DNA of 64,000 nucleotides, taken from Tubulanus polymorphus. Its lineage: Eukaryota; Animalia; Nemertea. Location of the stretch: NCBI RefSeq assembly GCF_964204645.1, contig NC_134026.1, positions 10,439,950-10,503,949 on the forward strand. The letters are read 5' to 3'. The notes below the pieces were generated by a model. It was not told where the DNA came from, did no database searches, and saw nothing but the letters and a program-made list of their open reading frames with translations. Below, one piece after another: positions 1 to 11,705 of the stretch. Each line of letters begins with the position of its first letter. The stretch's first letter is position 1. The position numbers and the translations under genes were made by a program.

Positions 1-19
1 TAATTATAATGTAGAATTG

Positions 20-670
20 TTACTCTTTACACCAGTTTTTATGTTTAATTGTTTCATAATGCTTTGATTTATGTGATTTTAAATATTTACCTCCGCAATA
101 ACAATGCACTTTTTCATTAGGATTGAATTTTCTAAATTCATCATCTAATTTACATTGAACTGCAATATCTTTAAATGATTTTTCATTATCTAATTCACAT
201 TGAATGCCAATATTTGATGAATTTTCATTATAGATAATTTGTTTATTATCAAAATTGAAATAATATAATTGTCTTTTTTCAATTCTTAAGTTAATCAAAT
301 CATTGTAATCTTTTGAAAGTATTGTATCATCATTTCTTTCATTGAAAGGAGTTTTAAGAATATTAATTATGTTTTCATCTAAAGTTCCTTTAAAATTAAA
401 AACTGTATTGAACATTTTAGGATTTTTAACGCCATTATCAAAAGTATCTATCAGTTCAGTAATTAAATATGTTTCATTTGATGATATTTGATTAATCATA
501 GTAATGTCATCAATTTTATAATACCTAGCGGACACTAAATTTGTTGCTGAAATATAATTTTTAATGTTAAACTGTGAAAATGATTTATTGGTTTCATTGA
601 TTTCGATTTTAAAGTTGGGTTCTTCTTCTTCTTTCTTCATTTTTATAACAAAATTTTTATTAAAACTCAT
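20..670 (-). CDS. AT-rich intronless ORF (216 aa) with C-terminal CxCGGxY..H..H zinc-finger-like motif; likely of viral/Polinton origin
   Basis: Intact ORF ending HCYCGGKYLKSHKSKHYETIKH. A diverged paralog lies at 1439-2083. Base composition is far more AT-rich than the flanking DNA. Confidence 0.5.
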   Translation of the reverse strand: MSFNKNFVIKMKKEEEEPNFKIEINETNKSFSQFNIKNYISATNLVSARYYKIDDITMINQISSNETYLITELIDTFDNGVKNPKMFNTVFNFKGTLDENIINILKTPFNERNDDTILSKDYNDLINLRIEKRQLYYFNFDNKQIIYNENSSNIGIQCELDNEKSFKDIAVQCKLDDEFRKFNPNEKVHCYCGGKYLKSHKSKHYETIKHKNWCKE

Positions 671-791
671 TCAAATATAAATATTCAATGTTTTAAATAT
701 GAATTATTTCACTCACACTTTTATATTGAATAATCTATCAATTCATATGTTATTCATATATATTTTTATTCATGTATATGAATATTTTAAG

Positions 792-1134
792 AGTAATAGG
801 GGTAATGGGCTTTCAGGTTAAAGGTTGAATGGTCGAGTTCATTAAAAAATGAAAAACATGAAAATAATAACAATTTCTACTTGAATTAGGAGTGAAACTC
901 ATAAAAAATGAAAAATAATTCTCACACGCTCGAATTTATTTCACTCACACTTTACTCACACTTTTTTCTAGCGAGTAAAAATGAAAAATAAATTCGAGTG
1001 TGTGAGAATTATTTTTCATTTTTTATGAGTTTCGTGACTAATTCAAGTAGAAATTGTTATTATTTTCATATTTTTCATTTTTTATGAGCTCGACCGTTCG
1101 ACCTTTGGCTTGAAAGCCCATTACCCCTATTACT
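792..1134. repeat. Long imperfect palindrome (about 145-bp arms) with AGTAATAGGGG...CCCCTATTACT ends
   Basis: 792-~940 is the reverse complement of ~988-1134. The loop contains tttactcacac motifs. Confidence 0.9.
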
Positions 1135-1162
1135 GAGACCATCGTCAGGTGTGAGACAGATC

Positions 1163-1531
1163 TTGGCGGCAAATATTTAAAATCACATAAATCAAAGCAT
1201 TATCAGACAATTAAACATACCAATTATGGAAAGAATAATAATTCTATATTGAAATAAGATTAAGCTGTATGAGTAATTGGAAAATTTCTGAATATATAAT
1301 AGTTAAAACATGAAACGTGAAATCAGTTAATGAATAACTGTTAAACTGTTAGACTGTTAACAGTTATTCATTAACTAATATCACAATGTTTTAACTATTA
1401 TACATTTGAAATTTTCCAATTACTCATACAGCTTGATCTTATTTCAATATAGAATTATCATTCTTTCCATAATTGATATGATTCATTTTCTGATAATGCT
1501 TTGATTTATGTGATTTTAAATATTTGCCGCC
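1163..1531. repeat. Imperfect palindrome joining two copies of the ORF 3' end tail-to-tail
   Basis: 1163-~1340 is the reverse complement of ~1355-1531. The + arm encodes GGKYLKSHKSKHYQTIKHTNYGKNNNSILK*. Confidence 0.9.
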
Positions 1532-2083
1532 ACAATAACAATACACTTTCTCATTAGGATTAAACTTATTAAATTCATTATCTAAATCACATTGAATTCC
1601 AATATTTGATGAATTTTCATTATAGATGCTTTGTTTATTATCAAAATTAAAATTATATAATTGTCGTTTTTCAATTCTTAAGTTTATTATATCATTGTAT
1701 TCTTTAGAAAGTATTAAATCATAATTTCTTTCATTAAAAGGAGTTTCAAGAATATTTATTGTGTTTTTATCTAAATTACCTTTACAATTTAAAACTGTAT
1801 TGAATACTTTAGGATTTTTGACGCTATTATCTAAAGTATCTATTAGTTCAGTAATTAAATATGTTTCTTTTAATGATATTTGATTAATCATAGTAATATA
1901 ATCGATTTTATATTGGCTTCCATACACTAAATTTGTTGCTGAGATATAATTTCTAATGTTAAATAATGAAAATAAGTTATCAGTTTCTTTGATTTCGATT
2001 TTTTGAATTTAGGTTCTTCTTCTTCTGTCTTTATTTTTATAACAAAACTTTTATTAAAACTCATACAAATATAAATATTTAAT
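1439..2083 (-). pseudogene. Frameshifted paralog of ORF 20-670
   Basis: ORFs 1927..2109 and 1439..1927 align end to end with ORF 20..670. The frameshift is at the T-run near 2000-2005. A short segment containing FKDIAVQC is missing. Confidence 0.7.
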
Positions 2084-2358
2084 GTTAAAATATGAATTAT
2101 TTCAATCACACTTTACTCACACTTTTTATGTTTTAAAATCAAGAATCTAACGCATATAAATATAAATATTCAATGTTTTAAATATGAATTATTTCACTCA
2201 CACTTTACTCACACTTTTTATGTTTAAAATTGATATTTTCATCAAATCGTTAATTACTCGTTACTTTTTATTTTATTCCACTCATCACTCACACTTTACT
2301 CACACTCGAAATCTATGATATTCATATAAATAATGTTCATTTATATGAAATTATTAGA

Positions 2359-2454
2359 AGTAATGGGGAAAGTGTTGTTTCATATCAGAGGTTGAAGGGG
2401 AGAGTGAGCTCGACCTTTCGACCTCTGGTATGAAACAACACTTTCCCTATTACT
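2359..2454. repeat. Short terminal hairpin related to 792-1134
   Basis: agtaatggggaaagtgttgtttcata...tatgaaacaacactttccctattact. It shares gagctcgaccNttcgacct and the ccctattact end with the first hairpin. Confidence 0.85.
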
Positions 2455-4196
2455 AACGGTGCGAAAAGTAGCCCTACCGGTACGTTTACGAAAAAAAATT
2501 AAAAACATTTCCAGAAGGGCAACTTGAGTTTTTGTGATGTTGTGGTCCAAAATCTGTGCCAGTTTAGGATTGCGTGCCTACCAGATCAGATTCAGATTTT
2601 TCCCCTAAGATTTTCTATTAGTCAAGGACAACCTGAAAATTTGAGGGGGATCTATAGGCCCCTAAACCCCCGTCTCAATCGTTATCCGCCCTTCCTCAAT
2701 CCACAATTATAGTGCTGTCTATCTGAAAGCACCTCTTTCTAGAATTTGAATCATCAGGATGAGCCTCCACCTCACAACGATTCGAAATGACTCAGGGGCG
2801 AGGCCAGGATTTTCTAAATGTGGGGGGTCCGTTAGGGTTGCCTAGGCCCCTCGCTAATAGAATTTGAGAAAAACCGTTTATGCGTAAGGTTTTCAAAAGG
2901 TTTAAAAAAGGGCCTGTATCCTTTTTCGTTTGAAGAATATTTTGGGGCCCAAATAAAGGGGAATTCCTAAATGTTTTCACGTGGTTCAAGCGGTATATAG
3001 GGCTGTCCCTGGGATGGATCCAGCGTCAAAGGCAGAGGTATCCAGGCCCTGTTTCTAAACTTCGCTACAATCTCGTCGTTCACATACACAATGATTTTCT
3101 AGATTATCTAGAATTGGCAACGCAGCTAATCGCCTCAACAATTTTTGTATTTTTCCAATTTTTTCAATCGCAATTTGGATCTTTCTTCAGAAAATAATAC
3201 TTCCGGAATGAGAGAGGATGGAAATTTCAAGGAATTTTAGGGGAGGGTCCCGGATCCCCATCAGGCCCATACAGAGAATTCTTTTGGGGAGTTCTTATTG
3301 GGGGGGGGGGGGGCAATGGCACCAAAACGGCACCAAGATAGCGATTGATCAATTTGAAAGATTTTTTCTGTTTCTTTTTTCATTTTTACTGACCAGTAGA
3401 AAATTTACAACATTCCAGAAAACAAGGTTGAATGGGCGAAAATTCACTTTTGTTGATAGGTGTGGTTTTGCTACACTGTTGGTTGTAAGATAATATAACA
3501 ATACATGCGATTGGAAATTTCTGCTCATTGGAACTGGTACCGGTCAAAAGAGGGTTAAAACTGCCGGTCGCCGAACAAGAATGAACGACAAGACTGAACT
3601 TGAACCTTTGGTGACATTGACATTGAGAGACGACTTAAACGAAAACGACTCAACATCCGACCTACGCGTATATTCAAGTTGTGAAGAAAGAGGCAAAGAA
3701 TAGAAACAAAGAATAGAACATGTGTGTCGAGAGTCGTTGATTCATAAGGTAAGTTGTGTAAATGTAAAATGCGCTCGTGTGCGGGGGCCTTAAGACCTTG
3801 ATACACGAATACGAAACTATAATCCAATCCAAGATCAAACACGAGAAACCAAACATAAACTCCAGTAACAAACTCGCTTCATTACAATTCCCCCTTTTAG
3901 AAATGCCTTTGAATGTTTATGGCTATGAGCTTGTCTGTCAACTGGACAGAAACATGTGCACATTATTGGTTAATACTAACGATTAAGGTCAGGGGTCGGG
4001 GATTGGTTTAACTATAAACCACTGTTATTTCTGAGTGAAAAAATCATTATATAAAAAAAACATGATTACTACATGTATCGTGTATAGAAACTGCATCAAC
4101 TTCCATTTTTGCAGAAACCTGATACTTGAAAATCTAACGATCCGAGCCAATTAGTTTATTAAATGTGAAATTCAATCACGAATTCGTCTGCGTGAG

Positions 4197-5318
4197 ATGT
4201 GGGAGCAGAACGAATCAACCAGCTCAGCCGCGCAGACTACAGTGCAGTTACTGGCAGTCGACTGCTCGTACAGCACTGATGGATTCTTCATGGCTATCAT
4301 TCGACTCACTGGTGGAACTCTAATAACTTTAATGGGAATCATTTTCAATATTTTCAGTATAATAGTATTACGAAGGCAACCAGTGATTTCCGTATCCACC
4401 CAATTACTCATATACCTCGCGTACACGGATATCGCATTTTTGTTATGTCGCGGTATTCGAGAACCGCTTCGGTATTGGGTCGGTTGGGCCGTCGAGGGTG
4501 ACTTCATCTTTCGGCAAAAAGTCCATCCGTATCCGCGATTCCGGCATATACCGGAAATCCTTTATGTCCAACCGGATATATATCTGTCGATTGATTTTTT
4601 ACGCTACGCAACACACGTCTCACGGAACTGGTTGACTGTTTTAATCAGCGTTGAAAGGGCCGTATCGCTCGCGTTTCCATTTTTCGCCCGAGCTAAGATA
4701 ACGAAACGCCGAGTTTTATACGCGCATATCTTAACATCTATGATTGTGTCGTCTGTTTATTTACCGCATATTTACGGGTTATGTCATTATGTCGATTTCG
4801 TTGGTTATGATATGTGCACAGGTCAACCCGTGAGAGGTATTTTACATACGTTTAATGTTTGGGATCGATGGAAATCGGTAAATAGCACGTATTTGAGTCC
4901 GGCAATTAAAGAAGTGCTACCTTTCACGATTATCGTAATTTTGAATGTCTACATCGTAGCAAAAGTCCGTCAAATTTCACGAAATCAGAAAAAGATGACG
5001 GCAAAAGAAAGTGAATTAGTAGATTCTATGAAGGCTATTCGTTTGACTGTAGCCGTTTCAGTAATATTTTTGGTATTTGAACTGCCCAGTTCGTTTCAAA
5101 GTTATCAAAAATTTATCAGACTTTTCGTCGATATACAGAGAGTTACTTTTCACGGAACATCGAAAAATGTGCAGAGATTTTTCGCCGAATTATTTCCGAT
5201 CGCGGACTCGTCTGCGAATTTTGTCATTTACTGTTTGGTGCACGATCGCTTTAGACAAACGGCAAAAAAACTGCTGAGTAGACGATGTACGTATAGGGGT
5301 GCCACACGTCCATATTGA
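4197..5318 (+). CDS. Class A (rhodopsin-like) GPCR, FMRFamide-receptor-like/chemosensory type, single coding exon
   Basis: 373 aa with 7 hydrophobic segments: TM2 LAYTD, TM3 ISVERAVSLAFP, TM5 LPFTIIVILN, TM6 FLVFELP, TM7 DSSANFVIYC. AATAAA at ~5356. Confidence 0.9.
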   Translation: MWEQNESTSSAAQTTVQLLAVDCSYSTDGFFMAIIRLTGGTLITLMGIIFNIFSIIVLRRQPVISVSTQLLIYLAYTDIAFLLCRGIREPLRYWVGWAVEGDFIFRQKVHPYPRFRHIPEILYVQPDIYLSIDFLRYATHVSRNWLTVLISVERAVSLAFPFFARAKITKRRVLYAHILTSMIVSSVYLPHIYGLCHYVDFVGYDMCTGQPVRGILHTFNVWDRWKSVNSTYLSPAIKEVLPFTIIVILNVYIVAKVRQISRNQKKMTAKESELVDSMKAIRLTVAVSVIFLVFELPSSFQSYQKFIRLFVDIQRVTFHGTSKNVQRFFAELFPIADSSANFVIYCLVHDRFRQTAKKLLSRRCTYRGATRPY

Positions 5319-6384
5319 CGCCGGGCCGTCCATAACGGCAAAAACATTTGAAAAAAATAAACTGTTCAATTGTCTTAAGCGCTGTTGATTTTTAATCCTG
5401 GATCTCGATATGCGTCCGCGAATTCTGGATTTATCAGAAGGTTGAAAACTAATTGTGGTTTTAAGTCCGTTCTTCAGTTGAACAGCGCATGAAAGATATT
5501 CATTGTCAAAATTGGCTGAATGGAATATCTGCGTCTAATAAAGGAATCCAGGAAGAAAGACACTCTAAATATTTGGATGGATATATGAAAGCTGTGGGTA
5601 CTGGAGTGTGTAATGGGTAGTGTAGTGTGATCTGTGTGCATTTGTGGCCAGCACACAGATCACATTGTTCAACGGGGTTTGGTCCAGGACTCGCGAGATT
5701 TTCAACAACACGGAAGTAACGTGTAATAAATGATGACTTGAATTGCATGACTACCTACCACCCCTCATTATTGTTGGAAAACTAAACGTTCGGCACTGAC
5801 TAAAAATTAGTAATAACATTTTAGAAATGGCCAGAATTTTAACTTAGGTTCTATCTCATTTTTATTTTACAATTGCGATTGGTATAATTTTTTTTAAACG
5901 GCCGTTTAGGCTTCATGTTTCGTCTGCAATTCACTGCAAATAGTTACGCAACCACGCACATTTCAGTGTTTTTGGCAGCTGTACACTCAATCGGCACCGT
6001 TCGTGACTAGCTTCACTGCGGAATTATCATTAATTAACATCGCCATATCACATCATCAACTTATATTGTGCCATAAAACCCTAACAGCCGAAATAATTGA
6101 AATGCACACACGATTTCTATCATTGAAAATTGAGAGAGTGGCCATGTTTGTGTTTGCTGCTTCGCGTAAATCCCGCGCGGAGTGGGGCCGATACGTCCAG
6201 GTAATAAAGCCATAGGTAAAAATGCAACAAGTAATAATGCCAGAAGTAAAAATGCCGGAGGTAAAAATGCCAGAGGAAAAATCACACCATATGTAAAAAT
6301 GCCCAGAGGTAAAAATGCCAGAAGGAAATACGAGGAAAATAAGTGAAGATGTTATTAACATTGTATGGAATTCCTCAAGGGCCA

Positions 6385-6515
6385 TACGACGTACGTGTTA
6401 CGATTTACGAATTACGAGTTACGTTTTACGAATTACGACTTACGTTTTACGAGTTACTTATACATTCCCTTCAATACGTTACGATTTACGACTTACGTTT
6501 TACGAATTACGAGTT
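6385..6515. repeat. 7-bp TTACGNN microsatellite-like array
   Basis: ttacgat-ttacgaa-ttacgag-ttacgtt repeats. Confidence 0.75.
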
Positions 6516-6960
6516 AGTTGTTTGGCGTTTCGCTTCAATTTATCGCGAGAATTCAAGGACAAGTGAATTATGAAAAATAAAATTGACACGAGCTTTCATG
6601 CGCACTGTATGTGAGGGTGCAATTTTAGCCGAATTTTAATTTTTGTAACGATGATGGATGGCTGTATGCAGCCCAAACGTCGATGGTGTCTTAAAAATGA
6701 ATACATTTCTATATTGTTGTAAACATAAAAAGACTTTGTTCTAGGGATCGGGATCCTGATGGTCAAATTATATCACCGCCCCGTGTGTTCCGTGAAGTGG
6801 CTTTTAAAATCATTTCCAGCTAAGATAGTCTATCATCGTGCAGTGTGTAATTTATTTTTGTCAACATTTGATAGATTTTGACGCCGTACCGACCGGCGGC
6901 TGGTCACCGCGCAGGATTGTCTACCGTGATCTCACTATCTACAATAGATACTCTTAATTA

Positions 6961-8501
6961 AGGCGCGTTCACACGACGAAATTTAGACCGGTCTAAATTT
7001 GGCTCGGTCCAATTTAGACCGGACCAAGCGTTCACACGGGCAAAAATACCGTTCCAAATTAGACCGGTCTAGTTTAGACCGGTCTAATTTGGCACGGTCG
7101 AAAAGAGCGAACCAGGTCCGAACCAAATTTTGGACCGGTCTAAATATGTGTGTGTGGACAGAAACTGGTACCAGGTCCGGTCTAAATCGTAATTCTGAAT
7201 CTGTGCGGTAGATGTCGCGACCTCTGCGGTAGCGTGCAAACTTAATTCAATACTCTATAAAATATCTTTCAATTTATTTTCAAGGGATAAATTTAAGAGC
7301 CCTTGGTTATCATATATAAAGAAAACCTTTGATGACTGGGGTTTGTCCTGCATTTGGACGCAGCAATTCATGACTAACAGTAAATCTTTTTCAAAACGAA
7401 TAAAACAGATACTCCGTGACCAGCACCTTCAAGAAACTGTATCTGCCATAAATACTAATCCGATATACACTAACTTTAGGCAATATAAAAATGATATTAG
7501 GTTAGAGAAGTATATAATAGAACTTGGTGATGACTTAGGAACTAGTTTCTTTGAATTTAGGGTCGGGTCCTATATTTTACCTGTGAACAAATTTTCAAAC
7601 CTTCATTTAGACAGAGCCGATAGAATATGCCCCACTTGTAATACTTTAGGTGGCGAATCCCATTTTCTGTTTGACTGTACCTTACTTAACGAACAACGCA
7701 AAAACTTTTTGAATTTGAATACCTTTAATACCCTTGATATTCTGAAAAAAACCAACGGTCAACTTAGCTAAATTCATTAAGACCGGCTTAGATGTATATA
7801 GATCCCTCCAATAGTATGTATAGTATTGTAAATAGTTGATGTATATAATAGTATATATAGTATTGTAAATAGTTGATGTATATATATTTTGTTACGTTTT
7901 CATTCTCTAAATTTTAATCACTTCAGTGTTGTTTTGTAAATATTTGTATATGCATGTGTAATAGTTTTCCTCCATATACCATGGAAATGGTTGAAGTGTA
8001 AATAAATCGTAATCGTAATCGTAATCGTGTGAGTCCAGTTTATTAAGTTTTAAATGCTTTTATTACCGTTTATATAATTATTCTTAAGAACTGTTTTTCC
8101 TCCCTATATACTATGGGAATGTTTGGAGCGTAATTCGTATTCGTATATCGTGATCATCATCCGTTTTACTGCCGTATTTTGAACCGTGTTTAAACAACAT
8201 AGAGTTTCAGCATGATAGAATAAAATCGAATTCGCAAAAATGTATAAACTTGACATAGGATCGAATTGGTCAAATGAAGAATGTCTTGCTATACTTCGAA
8301 TCTGAAAGCAAGACTTCATCCAGGCGCAATTGATTATTTAGCAGATGGCGACATCTTGTGGGCCCGGTGACAAGCTATTTTATCACCGCGTGTCAGAACG
8401 CCGTGTGAAGGCTCACCAAAATTTGGTCCGGTCTAAATTTGGACCGGACCAGGTACGGACCCATTTAGACCGGTCTAACTAGTAATCGTGTGAACGCGGC
8501 T
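6961..8501. mobile_element. PIF/Harbinger-like MITE (copy 1) interrupted by a LINE fragment
   Basis: TIRs aggcgcgttcacacga / tcgtgtgaacgcggct, subterminal ttagaccggtctaa palindromes, preceded by TAA. A near-identical uninterrupted copy lies at 17267-17974. Confidence 0.8.
7237..8025 (+). mobile_element. 5'-truncated non-LTR retrotransposon (RTE-X-like 3' end)
   Basis: ORF 7343..7771 has FRVGSYILP..RICPTCNTLGGESHFLFDC (CCHC knuckle). It ends in AATAAA plus a (TCGTAA)n tail, is flanked by cgtg, and is absent from MITE copy 2. Confidence 0.8.
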
Positions 8502-9148
8502 GTCTGTTTGAAATGGCATTTCGACTTCATTTCGAAACCCGTTCAATGAATAACGCGCCCTTCGGATATCTGAAGCCAATTAGTGAAAATCGTGTACTAT
8601 ATGTAATTCGTAAAACGTTAGTAGAACGAAAAATTTGTAAAATAAAGAGAACCACAAATCTATCAAATAAAGTCTAACATAATTGCAATAAAATCATTGA
8701 AATTATTGATATTTTCATTTTGAGATCGTTGGAAATTGGAAAATTAACACATATTCTTATATAATTGTAATCAAAAAGGGAACATAGTCGTGATATACAA
8801 CACATTTCTAAATTAATGAACATTAACAAATGAATGCACTGAGTTAAAATATTGAATGCACAGTTTAGATAAAACATATCGCTAGGTATAATAATAGGTA
8901 TGGTAATTAATTTTGTTAACTAATATAAATTTGTCATTCGTTTTTTAATTTATATGATCATAGGAATATGTTTTGTATATCTAAACTGTGCATTCATTAC
9001 GTAAAATCTAGTGTAAATTAGAATATCAGGTCGAATGTTAAAAGATTCTTCGTTTAATTTCCCTCATATTTCATTCTGGCATTTTTACCTCTGGCATTTT
9101 TACTTCTGGCATTATAACCTAATGATTAACAATACACTAAAATCAACT

Positions 9149-9700
9149 TAATTTTTGGGATCGATGTAGATCAGTAAATAGCACGTATTTGAATCCGGCG
9201 ATTAAGGTAGTTCTACCTTTCACGATTATCGTAATTTTGAATGTCTACATCGTCGCTTAAGTCCGCCAAATCTCTCGAAATCAGAAAAAAATGACGACAA
9301 AAAATGAATTCGTAGATTCTATGAATGCTATTCGTTTGACCGTCGCCGTTTCATTATATTTTTGGTATTTGAACTGCCCAGTTCGTTTAAAAGTTATCAA
9401 ACATTTATCAGACTTTTCTTCGATATACAAAGTGTAAGTTTTCCCGGAACATCGAAAAATGTGCAGAGATTTTTCGCCGAATTGTTTCCGATCGCGGACT
9501 CATCTGCGAATTTTGCCATTTATTGTTTGGTGCACGATCGCTTTAGACAAACGGCATAAAAACTGCTGAGTAGACGATGTACGTACGGTACCACACAGGT
9601 CCATACTGACGCCGAAACGGCAAAACGTTAAAACAAATAAACTTTTTGATTGTCTAAAATGCTGTTGATTTTTAATCCTGGATGTCGATATGTGTACGCA
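9149..9700 (+). pseudogene. Partial duplicate (TM5-TM7 plus 3'UTR) of GPCR 4197-5318
   Basis: Colinear with ~4852-5420. In-frame TAA codons at ~9258 and ~9557, and no 5' half. Confidence 0.9.
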
Positions 9701-10159
9701 TAATTAAAGTGAGTTAGAAGCTCTATACTCACATAACATCAATGTCCCATGCATTACGTTGATTATGATACGATATTTGATTTATTCCGCATAAATGATT
9801 GGTCGTACAGAGATTATAGCAGAACATGATAGTCGTTACATAATTCTAAGTCAGTGTAACAATAAGTTATGTGAGGAATTCAAGCCGAAAAAGCTTTGTG
9901 GCGTTGAAAGCCGCGGCAATGATTAACCGAATGACGTTTTTCTCTCTGAATACCACGTTTTTGAAGAAATTAAGTAAATTCGCCGCGGCAATATCTAGAA
10001 TCTGTCCTAAATCGGTATTTGGCCGCAGCAATCAAAAATTGCTTCCAACGCGCCTGCTTATACTTCCCTCACTAAAATCCCTCACCACTGATTATACTCA
10101 CATTCCCACACTCATACGCACACCACACTTACATTACTAGACACACTCTATAAAGGTCA

Positions 10160-10254
10160 TCCCCGCTTGCCAGGGTTCGATTGCCGCCCGCCGAGGCGCT
10201 ATCGCGTTGACATGAACCTCGATCATGGCAATCAAACCCCGGCAAGCGAGGATA
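10160..10254. repeat. Small hairpin/MITE
   Basis: atccccgcttgccagggttcgattgcc pairs with ggcaatcaaaccccggcaagcgaggat. Confidence 0.6.
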
Positions 10255-11129
10255 TAAAAAGTTATAGATTCAACTTAAACCTGTATAGAAATCAACACAC
10301 ATAATTATGGCGACTAATAATTTAACAAGAGCAGACTTCTGAGACATATACTTAGTTCCGAAGTTACGAAATATACTTAAATGGGGCTCATTTATCGATT
10401 CAGTAGATTGTTCCAGTATTTGGCATCCTGAATTTTAATGCTTCGAGATTTAATTTCAGATTTGGAAAATTCTATGATTATTTTTTCATACATAATTTTT
10501 ACAAAATTAATGAATGAACAAAAGACATTAAAACCGTAATCTTACGTAGTATGTATTTTACCGTCACTTCACAAATCAAAAGTCGATGAGGTTTTTTTTT
10601 TCATCATTTTCAGTCATAATAAGAAACGCCTAAAAAGCTGATGCACACGCGTAATTTTGCCGACTGAAGTATACGTTGAATTATGGACGTGACGTCATGG
10701 TTGAATCAAACAACTATGTTCTGTATCGAATATGATAAGCCGGCAGAAATCGGTATGATATGGATTTCTTATTCGAAGGAATTCAAAACTACCGGATGCT
10801 GTCATCAGGCCGCCAAATATTTTACGGGAACACCCGAGTAGGTGTCGACGGTTGGGTATCGAATGTTGATCTTTCATTGACATAAAAATCAGTATTGAGT
10901 GGGGAATAATGTCAAAATGATTGATTGTGGTCGCGATGAACATAAATAAAATGACAATAAAATTGCCAGCAAAAGAAAAATGGCAATAATTCATTGCACT
11001 TTGTTCCGTCGGATCCTAAAAATATTGTGCGCAATGTCTCTATAAAATATAACTGTTCCCCGCAATTTGCTGAAAAATAATGCTAAACATCGCTCAGAAA
11101 GTCATTACACCCAGAATAAAATTTCGCTT

Positions 11130-11300
11130 CAAGTCTAGCTAATTAATTTAAGCGTTTATAATGAGGCTGATGATTGGTGTAGATGACATGGGAACGAGGT
11201 GTAATTTAATTACCAACCAATCAGCAGCGGCGTTAAATGATTACTTAGTGATGGTTGGAACGCGGTAATGGATGGCAGCGCATCTGTGTACGATTGTTTA
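11130..11300 (+). promoter_or_regulatory. Candidate Lbx proximal regulatory region
   Basis: Two opposed CCAAT boxes (tgattggtg 11171, aaccaatcag 11215) and TAAT clusters about 500 bp upstream of the Lbx ATG. Motif-level evidence only. Confidence 0.3.
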
Positions 11301-11705
11301 TGAGTGAGGAAAATGACACCATATGTGTCTTGGGGCAAATTTCGCGAGTTAGTTTATTCAAGCTCTCCTCGCATCATTCAAGCGTCCAACATCCCGAAAG
11401 CGCTTTGCTTTTTCTCGTCTGCGGGGCGTGAATTTAGCGCAGAAATCTACCGATAAAAAGGACATTTATAACACTTGGCTATTATCATCAACAGACATGA
11501 GTTCGAGATGAAAGTTCGCGCCATGCCATTGAAAGTTATAAGGAAACGATGTTGAATCTTAGAATTAGCTTCATGAAGTTGTTAGATGTGATTTATCGTC
11601 AAACTCTAAACTGTGACGCGCAAAGAAGCAGTTGTGGCCTGTGGCGGTGTTGAACCACAATTGTAAAGTTTCCTTCGAGAAAATAACAGCCGACTCGAAC
11701 TTAAC

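Larger units (their letters stand above)
6199..9120. mobile_element. Foldback-like non-autonomous DNA element with inverted ends made of 15-bp ggtaaaaatgccaga repeats; contains nested insertions
   Basis: 6199-6363 and 9034-9120 are reverse complements, including unique sequence next to the repeats. TSD not resolved. Confidence 0.55.

Noticed and set aside
1135-1162. Spacer resembling a Nextera adapter or 28S rRNA snippet (cgtcaggtgtgagacag)
   Set aside because: Match is short and gapped, and cannot be distinguished from chance.
11171-11224. Regulatory link between the NF-YA-like gene and CCAAT boxes upstream of Lbx
   Set aside because: CCAAT boxes are ubiquitous, so adjacency alone is no evidence.
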